DNA of 64,000 nt, taken from the NCBI GenBank assembly GCA_013239625.1, contig MU053873.1, positions 1,316,524-1,380,523 of the forward strand. The letters run 5' to 3'. Every line of letters begins with the position of its first letter. Position 1 is the first letter of the stretch. Made by a program: the position numbers and the translations under genes. This DNA is from Lama guanicoe. Taxonomy: Eukaryota. Positions 53,315 to 64,000 of this stretch are shown piece by piece. The notes beneath the pieces were generated by a model, which saw nothing but the letters and a program-made list of their open reading frames with translations, did no database searches and was not told the origin of the DNA.

Positions 53315-53775
53315 TTGTCACAGTTATTCAGTATAACAAACAACCACCAAAGCTCAGAGGTACACAGGAGCAAATGTAGGGTCTGTGGATCAGCTGGGCT
53401 TGGAGGGACTCACTCATGTGTCTGTGGTCAGCTGTTGGTGGGCTAGGTGATTTTGTTGACTTTATTTGGGCTTTTTCATGTATTTAGGGCCTCGACTAGA
53501 CCAACTTGTTTCTGCTCCACATATTTTTTCCTCCAGGAGGCAATCTTGGGCATGTTTTCATAGTGAAAGCAGAGAAGCAAGAACAAAGTCCAGTTATGCA
53601 AGAGAGCAGGTGAGAATGAGTGAGTGCTTTTCAAGCTTCTGCTTGCCTTACTTTTGTTAACATCCTGTTGGTCAAAATAAGTAAGAGTGGGAGGGAATGA
53701 CAAAGATGCTGGACAAAGTGGAGTGAATTCAGGAAAGCCATTCATTGACTTTATTGGTGCAATCAGTCTAACACA
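53315..53775 (-). mobile_element. ERVL-MaLR-like solo LTR inserted in an L1MC-like fragment (about 53100-53900)
   Basis: TAACAAACAACCACCAAAGCTCAG...ACTCATGTGTCTGTGGTCAGCTG...TTAACATCCTGTTGGTCAAA. Confidence 0.6.
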
Positions 53776-54119
53776 AATACTGTAAATGATTTTCTCTTGC
53801 ATTTTGTTTGAATCAGAATTCCAGTAAAGGCCACACATTTTGACTAGCTGCTGTTTCTAGATTCTTCCCCCTTCACCTTTTTTACCTTGTATTTTATTTT
53901 TTAAAGGAGATTTGGGCATTTCTAATAAATATTGACAGCCTCAATGTGACTGGAATGTAGTAATGAGGGATAGAATGATAGGCAATGTTTGGAGAGCATC
54001 AGCTAATTCATTCAGTGCCTGTGCATCATGGGATGGACTTTCGGTTTTATTCTAGGAGTGATTGTGCAGCCATATTGGGTTTGGAGCAGGAGAATGACAA
54101 AATCTGACTTTTGTTTTGT

Positions 54120-54720
54120 TTTTGGTTAAGTTCAGGGTACATTTGCATGTAGTAAAATACACAGATGAGTTTTGACAAATGTGTATATTCATGTATATAA
54201 CCACTACCCGATTCAAGATACCAGATATTTCCATTACTCCAGAAAGTGCCCTCTTGCCCCTTTTGAGTCAATCTCTTTTCCATTCTAGCAACCACTGATC
54301 TATTTCTATCATCATAGATTGGTTGTATCTGTTCCAGAACTTCATATCAACAGAATCATGCTAATATATTCTTTTGTATTTGTCTCCTTTCACTCAGCAT
54401 GATGTCTGTACTGTCAGTTCATCTGTGATGTTTCAAGCCTTAGCATTTCATTTATTTTTATTGCTATGTAATATGTGATGGTTTGACTATACCACAACTT
54501 ATTTATTCACCTGTTGATGGACATTTGGGTTACTTCCAGCTTTTTGATTATTATGAATAAAGTTGCTATGAACATTTGTATACAAGTATGTCTTTTTGTA
54601 AGCATGTTTTCATTTTTCCTGAGCACATAATTTAAAAGTGGAATTGCTAAATTACATGGTTTAGTGTGTTTCAGTTTTATAAGAAACTATTAAACTGCTC
54701 TTCAGCATTGTACCAACTCA
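54120..54720 (-). mobile_element. LINE-1 3' end (L1MB/ME-like)
   Basis: GATGAGTTTTGACAAATGTGTATA...CACCTGTTGATGGACATTTGGGTT. Confidence 0.8.
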
Positions 54721-54729
54721 TTACAATCA

Positions 54730-55385
54730 GGGATATGGAAATTAATACCACAGTGAGATACTATGTTCACCTTCTAGATTTAACAGAAGTACCATTTAAC
54801 AGAGCAGAGGATGATTATCACTAGAAACTTATACCTTGCTAGTGGGAATGGTAACTGATATAGCTGATTTTGAAAATAGTTTGGCAATATTTTGAAAGTT
54901 GAACTTTATACTATACAACCCTGCAATTTCACTCCTAGGTAGAGAGGCTCCTGTACAAGCACACTAAGAACTATGAATTAGAATTTTGAGAGTAACACTG
55001 TTTACTATAGCAAAACCCCTGCAAACTACCCAAGTGTCCATTGATGAGATAAAGGATAAATTGTGCCTATTTGCATATTACAATATTATACATTAGGGAA
55101 AATGAGTGAACAACAATTATATGCATCATTGATAAAGTTTATGAACAAGCAAAACTAAATAATATTTTGTTCAGGCATAATGTGATAAAGCTATGTTCAA
55201 AAAAGGCAATGAGATGATAAATACAGCAGCAGTAAGAGTATTTCCTCAGGCAGGAGACAGGTGGATGGGGTGGTGGAGGTAGATGCAAATTATTGGCAAT
55301 GTTCTGGTCTTGGATTGCTTTGTAACTTAAATATAATCTTTGATATATCTCTTGGTATATCAAATATTGAAATGATTATACAAAT
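54730..55385 (+). mobile_element. Ancient LINE-1 ORF2 end / 3' UTR (L1ME-like)
   Basis: ACCACAGTGAGATAC...TTTGAAAATAGTTTGGCA...GCAATTTCACTCCTAGG. Confidence 0.7.
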
Positions 55386-56469
55386 TAAACAAATACTCTG
55401 GCTTTTGTGTAGAAGAATTGATTGTAATGAGGCAAAAGAGGAACTGACTTCATTCAAAGCGGAATTTGTTACAACTATTGAAGGAAAAAATTAGTTCATG
55501 CCTTTTACTTGGAAGGGGACACAGTATTTAACAGGAGTGGACAGGCTTGGCAATCCATTCTGTACTGTGTGTTTCTTGGGTTAGTGATTCCCTATTCATA
55601 CTTCAGCGTGTATGTCCAGATTTACATTAAATGGGCATTTAGAAACTTGGAAACAATTTAAAGAATTAATTTATAGCATTAATTCTTAATTTGTTAACTC
55701 AGTGTCTGACTGGCATCTCCTTAATTACAGCATTTATGTTATCACTTGGAATATAAATAAGAATAAACCTTTATTGATGGATTGATTAACTAAGCCTGAT
55801 TCTTCACATGTGTAAGAGCCAGCCCCCTCAAAGTAGTATTTTACTATGCAGTTTAAGCCCCCTCCCCACTCCCTTTCTTGTCTTATCTCTGCTCTGTAGA
55901 GAGATTTGTTGTGAAAGGATTTCCCTTTATCATCATTTGGGGAATCTGTTTCTTACCTTTTTGGATCTTCTTTCCCCTGGATCCCACATCTTCATCTTTT
56001 TTGGTTTATTCTCTCATTTTGGTAGAGCATGCTCTTCAGTACCTTCCTAAGAAAGGGAGCACGAAAGATATATTTTACTCTCACAATTAATTTAATTCTA
56101 GTTTAGAAATTATTTTCCCTCAGAATTCTTAAGGAATTGATTCTTTGCTGTCTAGTTTTCATTGTTGCAACTAAGAAGTCCAGTACTGTTCTGATTCCAG
56201 ACTCTTTGTATGAAAACTGTTTTCTTCTTTCCCCTCTCTCTTTAGAAGCTTTTAAGATCTTTTCTTTATCCCTAGCATTCTGCAGTTTCACAAGAAAATG
56301 TCTTAATATGGATCTGTTTTGTTTCTTTGTGTTCAGGTAAATTTTTACAGAACTTACAGACATATAGTTTGACAGTTTACCTCTTTCTACTTTTTTCTAT
56401 TTTCTCTTTGTAGAATTTCTGTTACTAGGATTTTGAACCTCATGGACCTGTTGTTTAATTTTTTTCTTA

Positions 56470-56648
56470 TTAATATTTTTAACGTTTATCACGTGTTAAA
56501 ATGATATTTTGGATATACTGGATTTAATAAAATATATTATTTCACATGTTTCTTTTTTTACTTACAAAAGTTGACTACAAGAAAACTGAAAATTATATAT
56601 GTGGTCCATATTTGTGGCTTGTATTATATTTCTGTCAGACAGCATTGT
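56470..56648. mobile_element. hAT-Charlie DNA transposon remnant (MER3/MER33-like)
   Basis: AATGATATTTTGGATATACTGGATTTAATAAAATATATTAT...GTGGCTTGTATTATATTTCTGTCAGACAGCATTG. Confidence 0.7.
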
Positions 56649-57094
56649 TCGAGAGAATGCCTGAGGCAGTTTTCTGTCCTTGATCAATCTTCAAGGTCTA
56701 GGTTGCACTCAGATTAAAAACCAAAGTAAAACATTAATTTTTAGGTAATGAAGTAATTCTTTTGATTTTTGTAAAGAAGCATGGAAGTGTTTCCCCCCAT
56801 TTAGAAGATTTCTCTTACTGACTTTCCACCTAATACCCCTCTCCAAAAGAAATTCAGTTCTTTGATCTGTTCTTGAAGTTTGCTGAAAATTCAGGTAGTG
56901 GTGATTCTATACATTAACCAAAAAGAGGTTACAAAAAAAACTAGCATCCTAGAGTGTCAAGGCCAGAGTAGTGAAAAATCTTCCATTTTTTTCTCCTGAT
57001 TTTGTTACTTTTTTATTTTGCTTTACTTTCTGGGACATTTCCTCTGCCTTATCTTTCAAATCTTATTTTGAATATTTCATTTCTTGTATCCTAT

Positions 57095-57420
57095 TTTTAA
57101 TTGTATAAATCATGTACCACAAAACCTACCATTTAAAAAAATGTGTAATGCAGTGATTCTTAGTTTGCTCATTAGGTTTTGCAACCATCATCACTTTCTA
57201 ATTACAGAACATTTCCATCATTCCAAAAGAAACCTCTACCCATTAGTCATTCTCTGTTACCCTTACTCCCCAGCCCCTGGCAACCACTAATCTACTTTCT
57301 GCCTCTGAATTTGCCTGTTCTGTGCATTTCATGTAAGTGGAATCATACAATATATAGCTTTTAATTTCTGGTATCTTTCACTTAGCATAATGTTTTCAGG
57401 GCCAATTCATGTTGTTGTAT
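57095..57420 (-). mobile_element. LINE-1 3' end (L1MB-like)
   Basis: CCCAGCCCCTGGCAACCACTAATCTACTTTCTG...GTAAGTGGAATCATACAATAT. Confidence 0.8.
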
Positions 57421-58389
57421 GTATGTCCTTTTTTTCCCTGAATGTTCTTTTTTAGTACACCCTGTTCTTGTTTCGTTCGAGCAATATTTTCTTTTATCAT
57501 CTTTGAGGATATTAATGATAACTTTTTGAAATTTTTAGCTATATACATATTCTTTATTTTCTCCAAGTTACTTTTTTCTGTTTGTTTTGGCATCTTCTTT
57601 TCATATGAGATGTTTTTCTCAAAAATGTCTATCATCCTTATTTTTCTGCTTAGTTAGTTTAAGAGTGAGGTACAATAAAACTTAATGGAAGCTCTCTAAG
57701 CAAGGGTGAGATTGATTGACTGTACTTTTTCATCACATGGTGGTCTGGCTGAACTATATAATTCCTTTGGGTCTTTTTTTCCCTTCTAGGGTATAGTCAG
57801 ATTTTCTAGCACCAACTCTTCCATTTTTCTGTCTGAGGATTTATGTTTGGCTGCCTGTCTCTGTTCTGAGAGTCAAACATATAAGCCTATGATTCAGCTA
57901 CATATTTTCAGTATGGAGGCCTCCAACCATGCCTGATATCTCCCAGCTCAGAGATCTCTGTTTTCCTTTATCCGGCTTCTGCCAGAAGAAGGAGGAGCAG
58001 TCATCTGGGAATGTAACTGCTTTTTAAACAGACTTTCAACCTGTCCTCCTCTTTCTAGCCTGTCTCATCTCAGCTTCCAGACATACATGGTGCTGCCACT
58101 TCCTGAGCCTGATAGGGATTCTGCAATAGAAATTGGGTTGCTTCCAGTTTCTCTCAGTGGCTTAAGTTTTGGTTCTGCTAAGTCAGTTACCACTTGTCCA
58201 TCTGCTTTCTAGCTTTTAAAACTTTGCTGTTTTTGCCTCTTCTGATTTTTTTTCTATTGTAAGTTTATGCCATTTATAAAATCCTTTTAATGTTATTTTA
58301 GTGGAATTTTGGAAGAGAGGAGGCCTAAATGCTTGTGTTTAATCCACCATGTTTAACTAGTATTAATTATTTTAACAGAGTATTAAGAA

Positions 58390-58765
58390 TATTAGCTTTC
58401 TAGGGCTACCATAACAAAGTACCACAGACTGGCTGGCTTAAATAGCAGAAATTGATTTTCTCAGTGTTCCAGAGTGTAGAAGTCTGAGACCAAAATGTCA
58501 GTAGGATTGATTCCTTCTGAAATATCTCTCCTTGGCTTGTACATAGTTGTCTTCTATCTCCACATGGACTGTGTGGTATGTGGTGGGTGTATGGTGCCTG
58601 TGTCCTAATCTCTTCTTACAAAAACACTAGTCATATTGGATTAAGGCCCACACATATGACCTCATTTTACCTTAATCATCTCTTTAAAGATGCTGTCTCC
58701 AAATACAGTCACATTCTGAGGTACTTGGAGTTAGGATTTCAATATATGAACTCAGTTCATAATAA
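58390..58765 (-). mobile_element. ERVL-MaLR solo LTR (MLT1A/B-like)
   Basis: TAGGGCTACCATAACAAAGTACCACAGACTGG...CATATTGGATTAAGGCCCAC...TCTCCAAATACAGTCACATTCTGAGGTACT. Confidence 0.85.
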
Positions 58766-59069
58766 GAATATTTTTGACATTTATTAAGTGAATTGATTTT
58801 ATTATTTTCATCCTGTGTACCTTTTCACTTTTATTTCATTATGGTGTAAAGAAATCTTTCATGTTTGTACGAATGATTATGGGCCACTTTCTCTTTTTAT
58901 TTTTTGAGTTATACTTTCCTCAAGCACAATGAGATTAGTAATGTTTTAGCTAGGGCTCTTTTACCTTTTTTTTTTTTTTCTTTTCTTTTTTTTGCAAGGA
59001 GTAGAAACTTAGTCAAACTAGCTTAAACACAGTGTTTCTGTTGAGTAGTCTAAAACCATTCTGGTTCCA

Positions 59070-59545
59070 AATCCTTTCTTCATGTCTCTTTAATACCTTC
59101 CTTTCTCTAGAAGCTTATAAGATTTTCAGTGTTCTGAAATTCCCGGTGTGATGCATTGATGTGAGTGTATTTTCATCCATTGCATTGCATATTTGTTGGG
59201 CTTTTTCAATCTGGAAATTCAAATCCTTTCAAATTTTCTTGAATTATTTCTTTAATAATTTCCTCCCCCAGTTTTCTTTTTCCTCCTTTGCTGGAATGTT
59301 TGTTATGCAGATATTGACCCTCCTGGACTGATAGTTTTTTCCCTTATGTTTTCTCTCTTACTTTCAAATTCTTTTCCTTTTGGAGAGACGTCCTTAGGTT
59401 TTATCATACTACTACCCTCTTAGTCCTTAATTTTTATTGTATATTTAATTTCAAAGAATTCTTTTTGCATCCATGAGGTTTTTGTTTTTTTTTAAGTAAC
59501 ATGTTCTTATTTCATAGTTGCGGTTTCTCTTTTTATATATTTGGG
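59070..59545 (-). mobile_element. HAL1-like fragment
   Basis: Similar to 33420-33840 and 56230-56460 (CTAGAAGCTTATAAGATTTTCAGTG, TTCAATCTGGAAA). Confidence 0.6.
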
Positions 59546-61044
59546 GATACACATACACACATATACTTCTTAAAACATTATCTACAAACACAAAGTATAC
59601 AAAACAAGGTATATGATTTACCACTAAGCAAACATCAGTGAAACAACCAGGAAAGACAAGTAATAGAATGCAGTTTTTCTATCCTCTCCTTGTTACCTCC
59701 CATCCCCAACAAGAATTAGTGTAAATTAATAAAGGAATGATAGATATAAATAGATGCTCTTTGTGTTTCTTAGTTGATTAGAGTATGGTATTATATTTGT
59801 GGCTTTAAATAGCTTATATGGGAAATGTGGAATCTTTGAAGAAAGGTTTTTGATATTAACTTGTGTCATTGACTTATCAACCAACCATACATCATTTATT
59901 AAGTAGTGAAGATTTGAAGATCCATTAAGCACAGTCACTGCCCTCCTGAGGCTTCAAGATGCTCTCTGACTTCAAACGGACCTTTCTTTAAAAGGTAGAT
60001 CCTAATAAAGGGTAGAAAACGAAGCATTAAGTTTTTATCCGAGCAAAATAGATGCATCTGAGACTGGCCTGGCAAGAGATTGGAATATTATGTTAATGTT
60101 CCCAGTGTTCTTTCTCATCTTACACAGAAACCACACTTCACTGATTCCAAGGTTCAGTGGATTAGAGGAAAATCTTAAACCCAGGAAGATTAATTCAAAT
60201 CCTGTATTAACCTATTTGATCATTTCACTGTATTACTAGATAATTTGTAATTAGTGACAAGCATTTAGAGTTCACGCATAATCCTGTTTGGGTGATTGCT
60301 CCCCTGTTCTGACCTTCTATATTCCCTGTTATTTCCAAGAGATAAATGAACACTTTAGTTATCTCTTGTTGAGGAATTCTGCTTTTTCTTCACCAAATGA
60401 TACAATATCTTCCCAATTTATTTTAAGTATGCAACATCTCCTTCAGGTCTTTTCTTTTGTCAGATAGAGTCCTTTCTAAGTAACTGTATCTTTATTTCCC
60501 ACGATTTTGGCTGTAGCATTTCAACCTGGATTAGGTTTCAGTTATGTTAGGATTTTATTTTTCTGCATCACTAATCAAACAGTTTCTAATGACATCTTGT
60601 CTTTTCATATGAATAGAAGATTGACTACTAGGAATTTCAGCACTACAATGACCTTCTCATAGAGGTACTACAAGGAAAGATAACACTATTTGGAAAAAGA
60701 ATTGATCATGCATACCATTAAAAATGCAAATAAAAGACTGATAGGCTAATAATTACTCACAAAGGCACAACTTTCTAAGCTTTGAAAGATAGAAGGGCTG
60801 TTTTTCATTGTTGAAAAGGGAAACTTAGTGATTCATTTTGGGAGAGTATAATTTCTGTACTGAGCTTTTAAAATACGTTTGATTTTGAAGCACATTTTGG
60901 TTTCTCTGTTGATCCTCTGTTTAGCCTTAGGCTGAAATGTGGGGAAAATCTGCTCAGATCATCTCCATGTTTTCCATCTAACCTTCTCTGAGTACCCAGT
61001 CCTCTTATACTGTTCTCTACCTGCTAAAACCTTTTCCTTTTTCA

Positions 61045-61250
61045 TTGCTAGTGTGTGTTTTTCCCACACCAACAACCAGTTTTCTAATTATCCAGACACC
61101 AGCTGACGGTCCAACAATTCATTTCTGAACTAACTACCTGGAATTCATGCAGACCCCACAAGTTAAGGGCTCAGTTTCACAAGACCACCCTACTTCAGAC
61201 ACCAATTCCAAGTCTTGGTTTACCACCTTTACTTCTGACCAACTGACTGT
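61045..61250. mobile_element. MER21-like LTR fragment, followed by an L1 3' UTR piece (about 61251-61365, minus)
   Basis: CCCACACCAACAACCAG...GACACCAGCTG...CAGACCCCACAAGTTAAGGGCTCAG...ACTTCTGACCAACTG. Confidence 0.65.
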
Positions 61251-62684
61251 TGAAGCTATTGAATATAGTTCCCTGTGCTATACAGTAGGACCTTGTGTTT
61301 ATCTATTTTATGTATAGTAGTTAGTATCTATGAATTCCAAACTCCTAATTTATCTCTCCCTATTCAGCTTCTTCTTGGAGAGGATTGCATCTGTTTCTCC
61401 TAAATTATGTTCACGTTCTTTGAGGATGTCTTCCTTTTGGACACATTGTCATATTTTCATAGCATTCTTACTTTGTACCTTATTTCTGTAAAATAAACAG
61501 GGCTTTTCTGAGCTCTTTCAGATTTCTTTCATTTTAGGGTATAATAAAAATTCTAAGGTTATGAGTGCTTGAGGCGCATTTTTATTTTGTATCTGCTTGT
61601 GATGTGTAATTCCTAATACGACAATTCCACACTGAAGACTAGTTGAGGATCTATTAATTGACAGCACTTGAGATGGAAGAAAATGACCATATTCAACAGT
61701 GTATTGTTAGTCTGGAAACAAATTGCTACCACAGCTGCCTTACTGAATAGGCTCACATGATGTGTCTGATTGGAGCTAGATGCCAACAGATCAATAAGTA
61801 TAGAGTTATTATAATAATTTAAAACCAGTATTAAAATTTAACAAATAAAAGCTTTGGTTTTGTAATTTTTATTGAATTTTCAAGAATATCAGTTATTAGT
61901 GTGGACTACTCTTTGAAAGAGTAGTTTTTATACTAGTAGAATATATAATTCACATTTTTGGTAGGGGGTGTTAATTTTTCACCAATAGAATAAAATGTCC
62001 ATTTTCCAAATTGTCATCCTAACGTGTTTTAAGTTAAAGTAATAGTTGCCTCTTCATGTCCTCTCTAATATATTACTTAGCAAGGTTATAGCAGATTTTG
62101 GCATAAGTGTGTTGGATGTCAGAATGCTGATTATGGGAAGTGGAGAAAGAAAGAATAAGGGGTTTATGCTAGGAAACTAATGAAGGGTAAGGGGTATGTA
62201 CTGCCAAAGCCTCGGTACCCATAAAATACAGAAGATGTGGGTGCTGACCCACGAGTATATGCAGAGTGCAAGTCTCTAAAACCATCTGGCTTAATGCATT
62301 TATATGAGCAAATTAGAGATGTAAATGTGGCCATGCAGGATTAATCACACACTGCTGCTCTTTGCTGTGTTTAGTGCCAAATAACGTTTCACATTCTTGG
62401 TACTCTGTATGATTTCTTTAGATTTATTACTTTTGTTTGGTATACTATCTTTTATAAAGCATTGATGCTTTACAGTGGAATTTTTTTGTTGTCTGTACCT
62501 GCAACACAGAGGAAAGATCTCAGAGGGAGAGAAGAAACAGAGAGCATCAAATCAGTATTGTTTTATTTCTTTTAATTGCTCCAATGCTACCTAAAATCCT
62601 TAGGAAATTTACTTCTCCCTCTAAGTTAAGACTCTCTTGGCATTCTTGATATAACCCTATATTTTCTGGCATTTTTCTTTCCTT

Positions 62685-62955
62685 TTTTTCCACCAGCTTT
62701 ATTGAGGTATAATTGTCATGTAACATTGTGTAAACACTTACATACTGCAAATGATTACTGTCATGGTAACAGCAAACATCTCTGTCATGTCACATGATGA
62801 CCTTTTTTTTTTCCCTTATGGTGAGAACATTTAAGATTTCCTCTCTTAGCAACCTGCAATTATGTAATAGAGCATTATTGACTATAATCACCATAATGTA
62901 CATTAGATCTTGGAACTTATTCATATTTTGACTGGAAGTTTGTACTCTTTACGTT
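62685..62955 (-). mobile_element. LINE-1 3' end fragment
   Basis: CAGCTTTATTGAGGTATAATTG...GGTGAGAACATTTAAGATTTCCTCTCTTAGCAA; related to 32700-33000. Confidence 0.8.
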
Positions 62956-63084
62956 TTTCTGGTTGATACTCTTCAAGCCTAGAGCTGGGAGACTTTTTGA
63001 TTGAGAAGATTGAGAAAATGTAAATTGACTTCCTGAGGTCACAACTTAAGTCCTAGTGCTCAGAAACAACAAAATGTGATCATC

Positions 63085-63575
63085 ACTGAGGCAGAAATTG
63101 CTAGCTCTTCCCCAGTATTCACTTCCCTTTTCCCATAGCATAAACTCTGCAATTATTAACTGGACTTTTGACCACCCGGAATAAAGACTACCCAACCTCT
63201 CAGCTAGGATGTATTCATGAAACTAAATTCTGGCCAGTGGAATATAATCAGAAGTGTCTCATATGATTTCTAGGACATCTTTATAGGGAGAGATATGCTT
63301 TTCTTCCTGTCTCTTTCCTTCCTGCCAGCTGGAATGTGGATATGATGGCTGGTACTTAAGTAGCTGTTTAGACATAGTTGAAAACTATGGGTTAAAGATG
63401 AGGGAAGGCAAGATAGGGGGCTGGATCCTTGTTGATAGTGGAGATAATGTATCAACTTGAACTTCTGATCTCTGGACTTTGTTTATATAGGAGAAAATTA
63501 AACTTCTCTCTTAGGTAAGCCACTATTGTTTTGAATTACCCAGTACCTGTAGCTAAATCTAACCTTGGCTCATAT
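63085..63575 (+). mobile_element. ERVL-MaLR solo LTR (old MLT1-like)
   Basis: AATAAAGACTAC...TTCTGGCCAGTGGAAT...CTGGAATGTGGATATGATGGCTGG...TAAGCCACT. Confidence 0.7.
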
Positions 63576-64000
63576 AATCATGCCAAGATAAGATTTATTT
63601 TGTACCTGTGATAAACTTGGGTTAACTGACCATTTCTAGAATTTAGGTATATGTTTTTAAAATTAAAATTTAGCTTCTGATTTTTTTTTCATTACTTTTA
63701 TCTAACCTATAGTATTCCTACAATTTTCCTACATTTGGAGCTAATCCTGTTAATTGTATTTCAGTTAGACAGCTGAAGAAAAATTTTTCTCCTAAATGAA
63801 AGAAACCAGAGTTTGTAAACCTGAATCAGTAGCCAGAAATGTAAATCTACAATGTTTTATAGTTCTGCTGATTATATATGATCATTGGACACAGAGGTGC
63901 AGAACAGCAGTAAGAAATTGAAGTTTTGGGGAGTCTATAAAATGGAAAGCATCTGGTGTGAAGTCTATAAAAGACTACAATATAAGGTCATTTCAGGTTA

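Larger units (their letters stand above)
55900..58360 (-). mobile_element. Ancient HAL1-like / L1 ORF1 element, fragmented by later insertions
   Basis: ORF 56103-56363 (RHFLVKLQNARDKEKILKAS...GIRTVLDF...LRENNF) is ORF1 C-terminus-like; end TGTTTAATCCACCATGTTTAACTAG. Confidence 0.7.

Overview
AT-rich mammalian non-coding DNA. Three tRNA-derived SINEs resembling the camelid vic-1 family suggest a camelid (alpaca/llama/camel) source. No host coding exon, RNA gene or CRISPR array can be supported. The recognisable ORFs are decayed LINE-1 ORF1/ORF2 pieces; the rest look like chance. Much of the window is interspersed repeat: L1 of several ages, HAL1-like elements, L2, MIR, MaLR and MER21-like LTRs, and one hAT remnant. 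Most L1 sequence is on the minus strand, as expected inside a large intron of a plus-strand gene (not identified). Two observations stand out. (1) A 3.1-kb TSD-bounded L1 at 39955-43048 keeps its 5'UTR, ORF1 and 3' end but has lost almost all of ORF2 at a junction right after a splice-acceptor-like CAG; it may be a spliced or HAL1-like ORF1-only element. (2) A short L1 3' copy at 17903-18110 carries a strand-specific cluster of A-to-G changes resembling ADAR editing fixed by retrotransposition. Repeat family names and most old-repeat boundaries come from visual recognition and are approximate.
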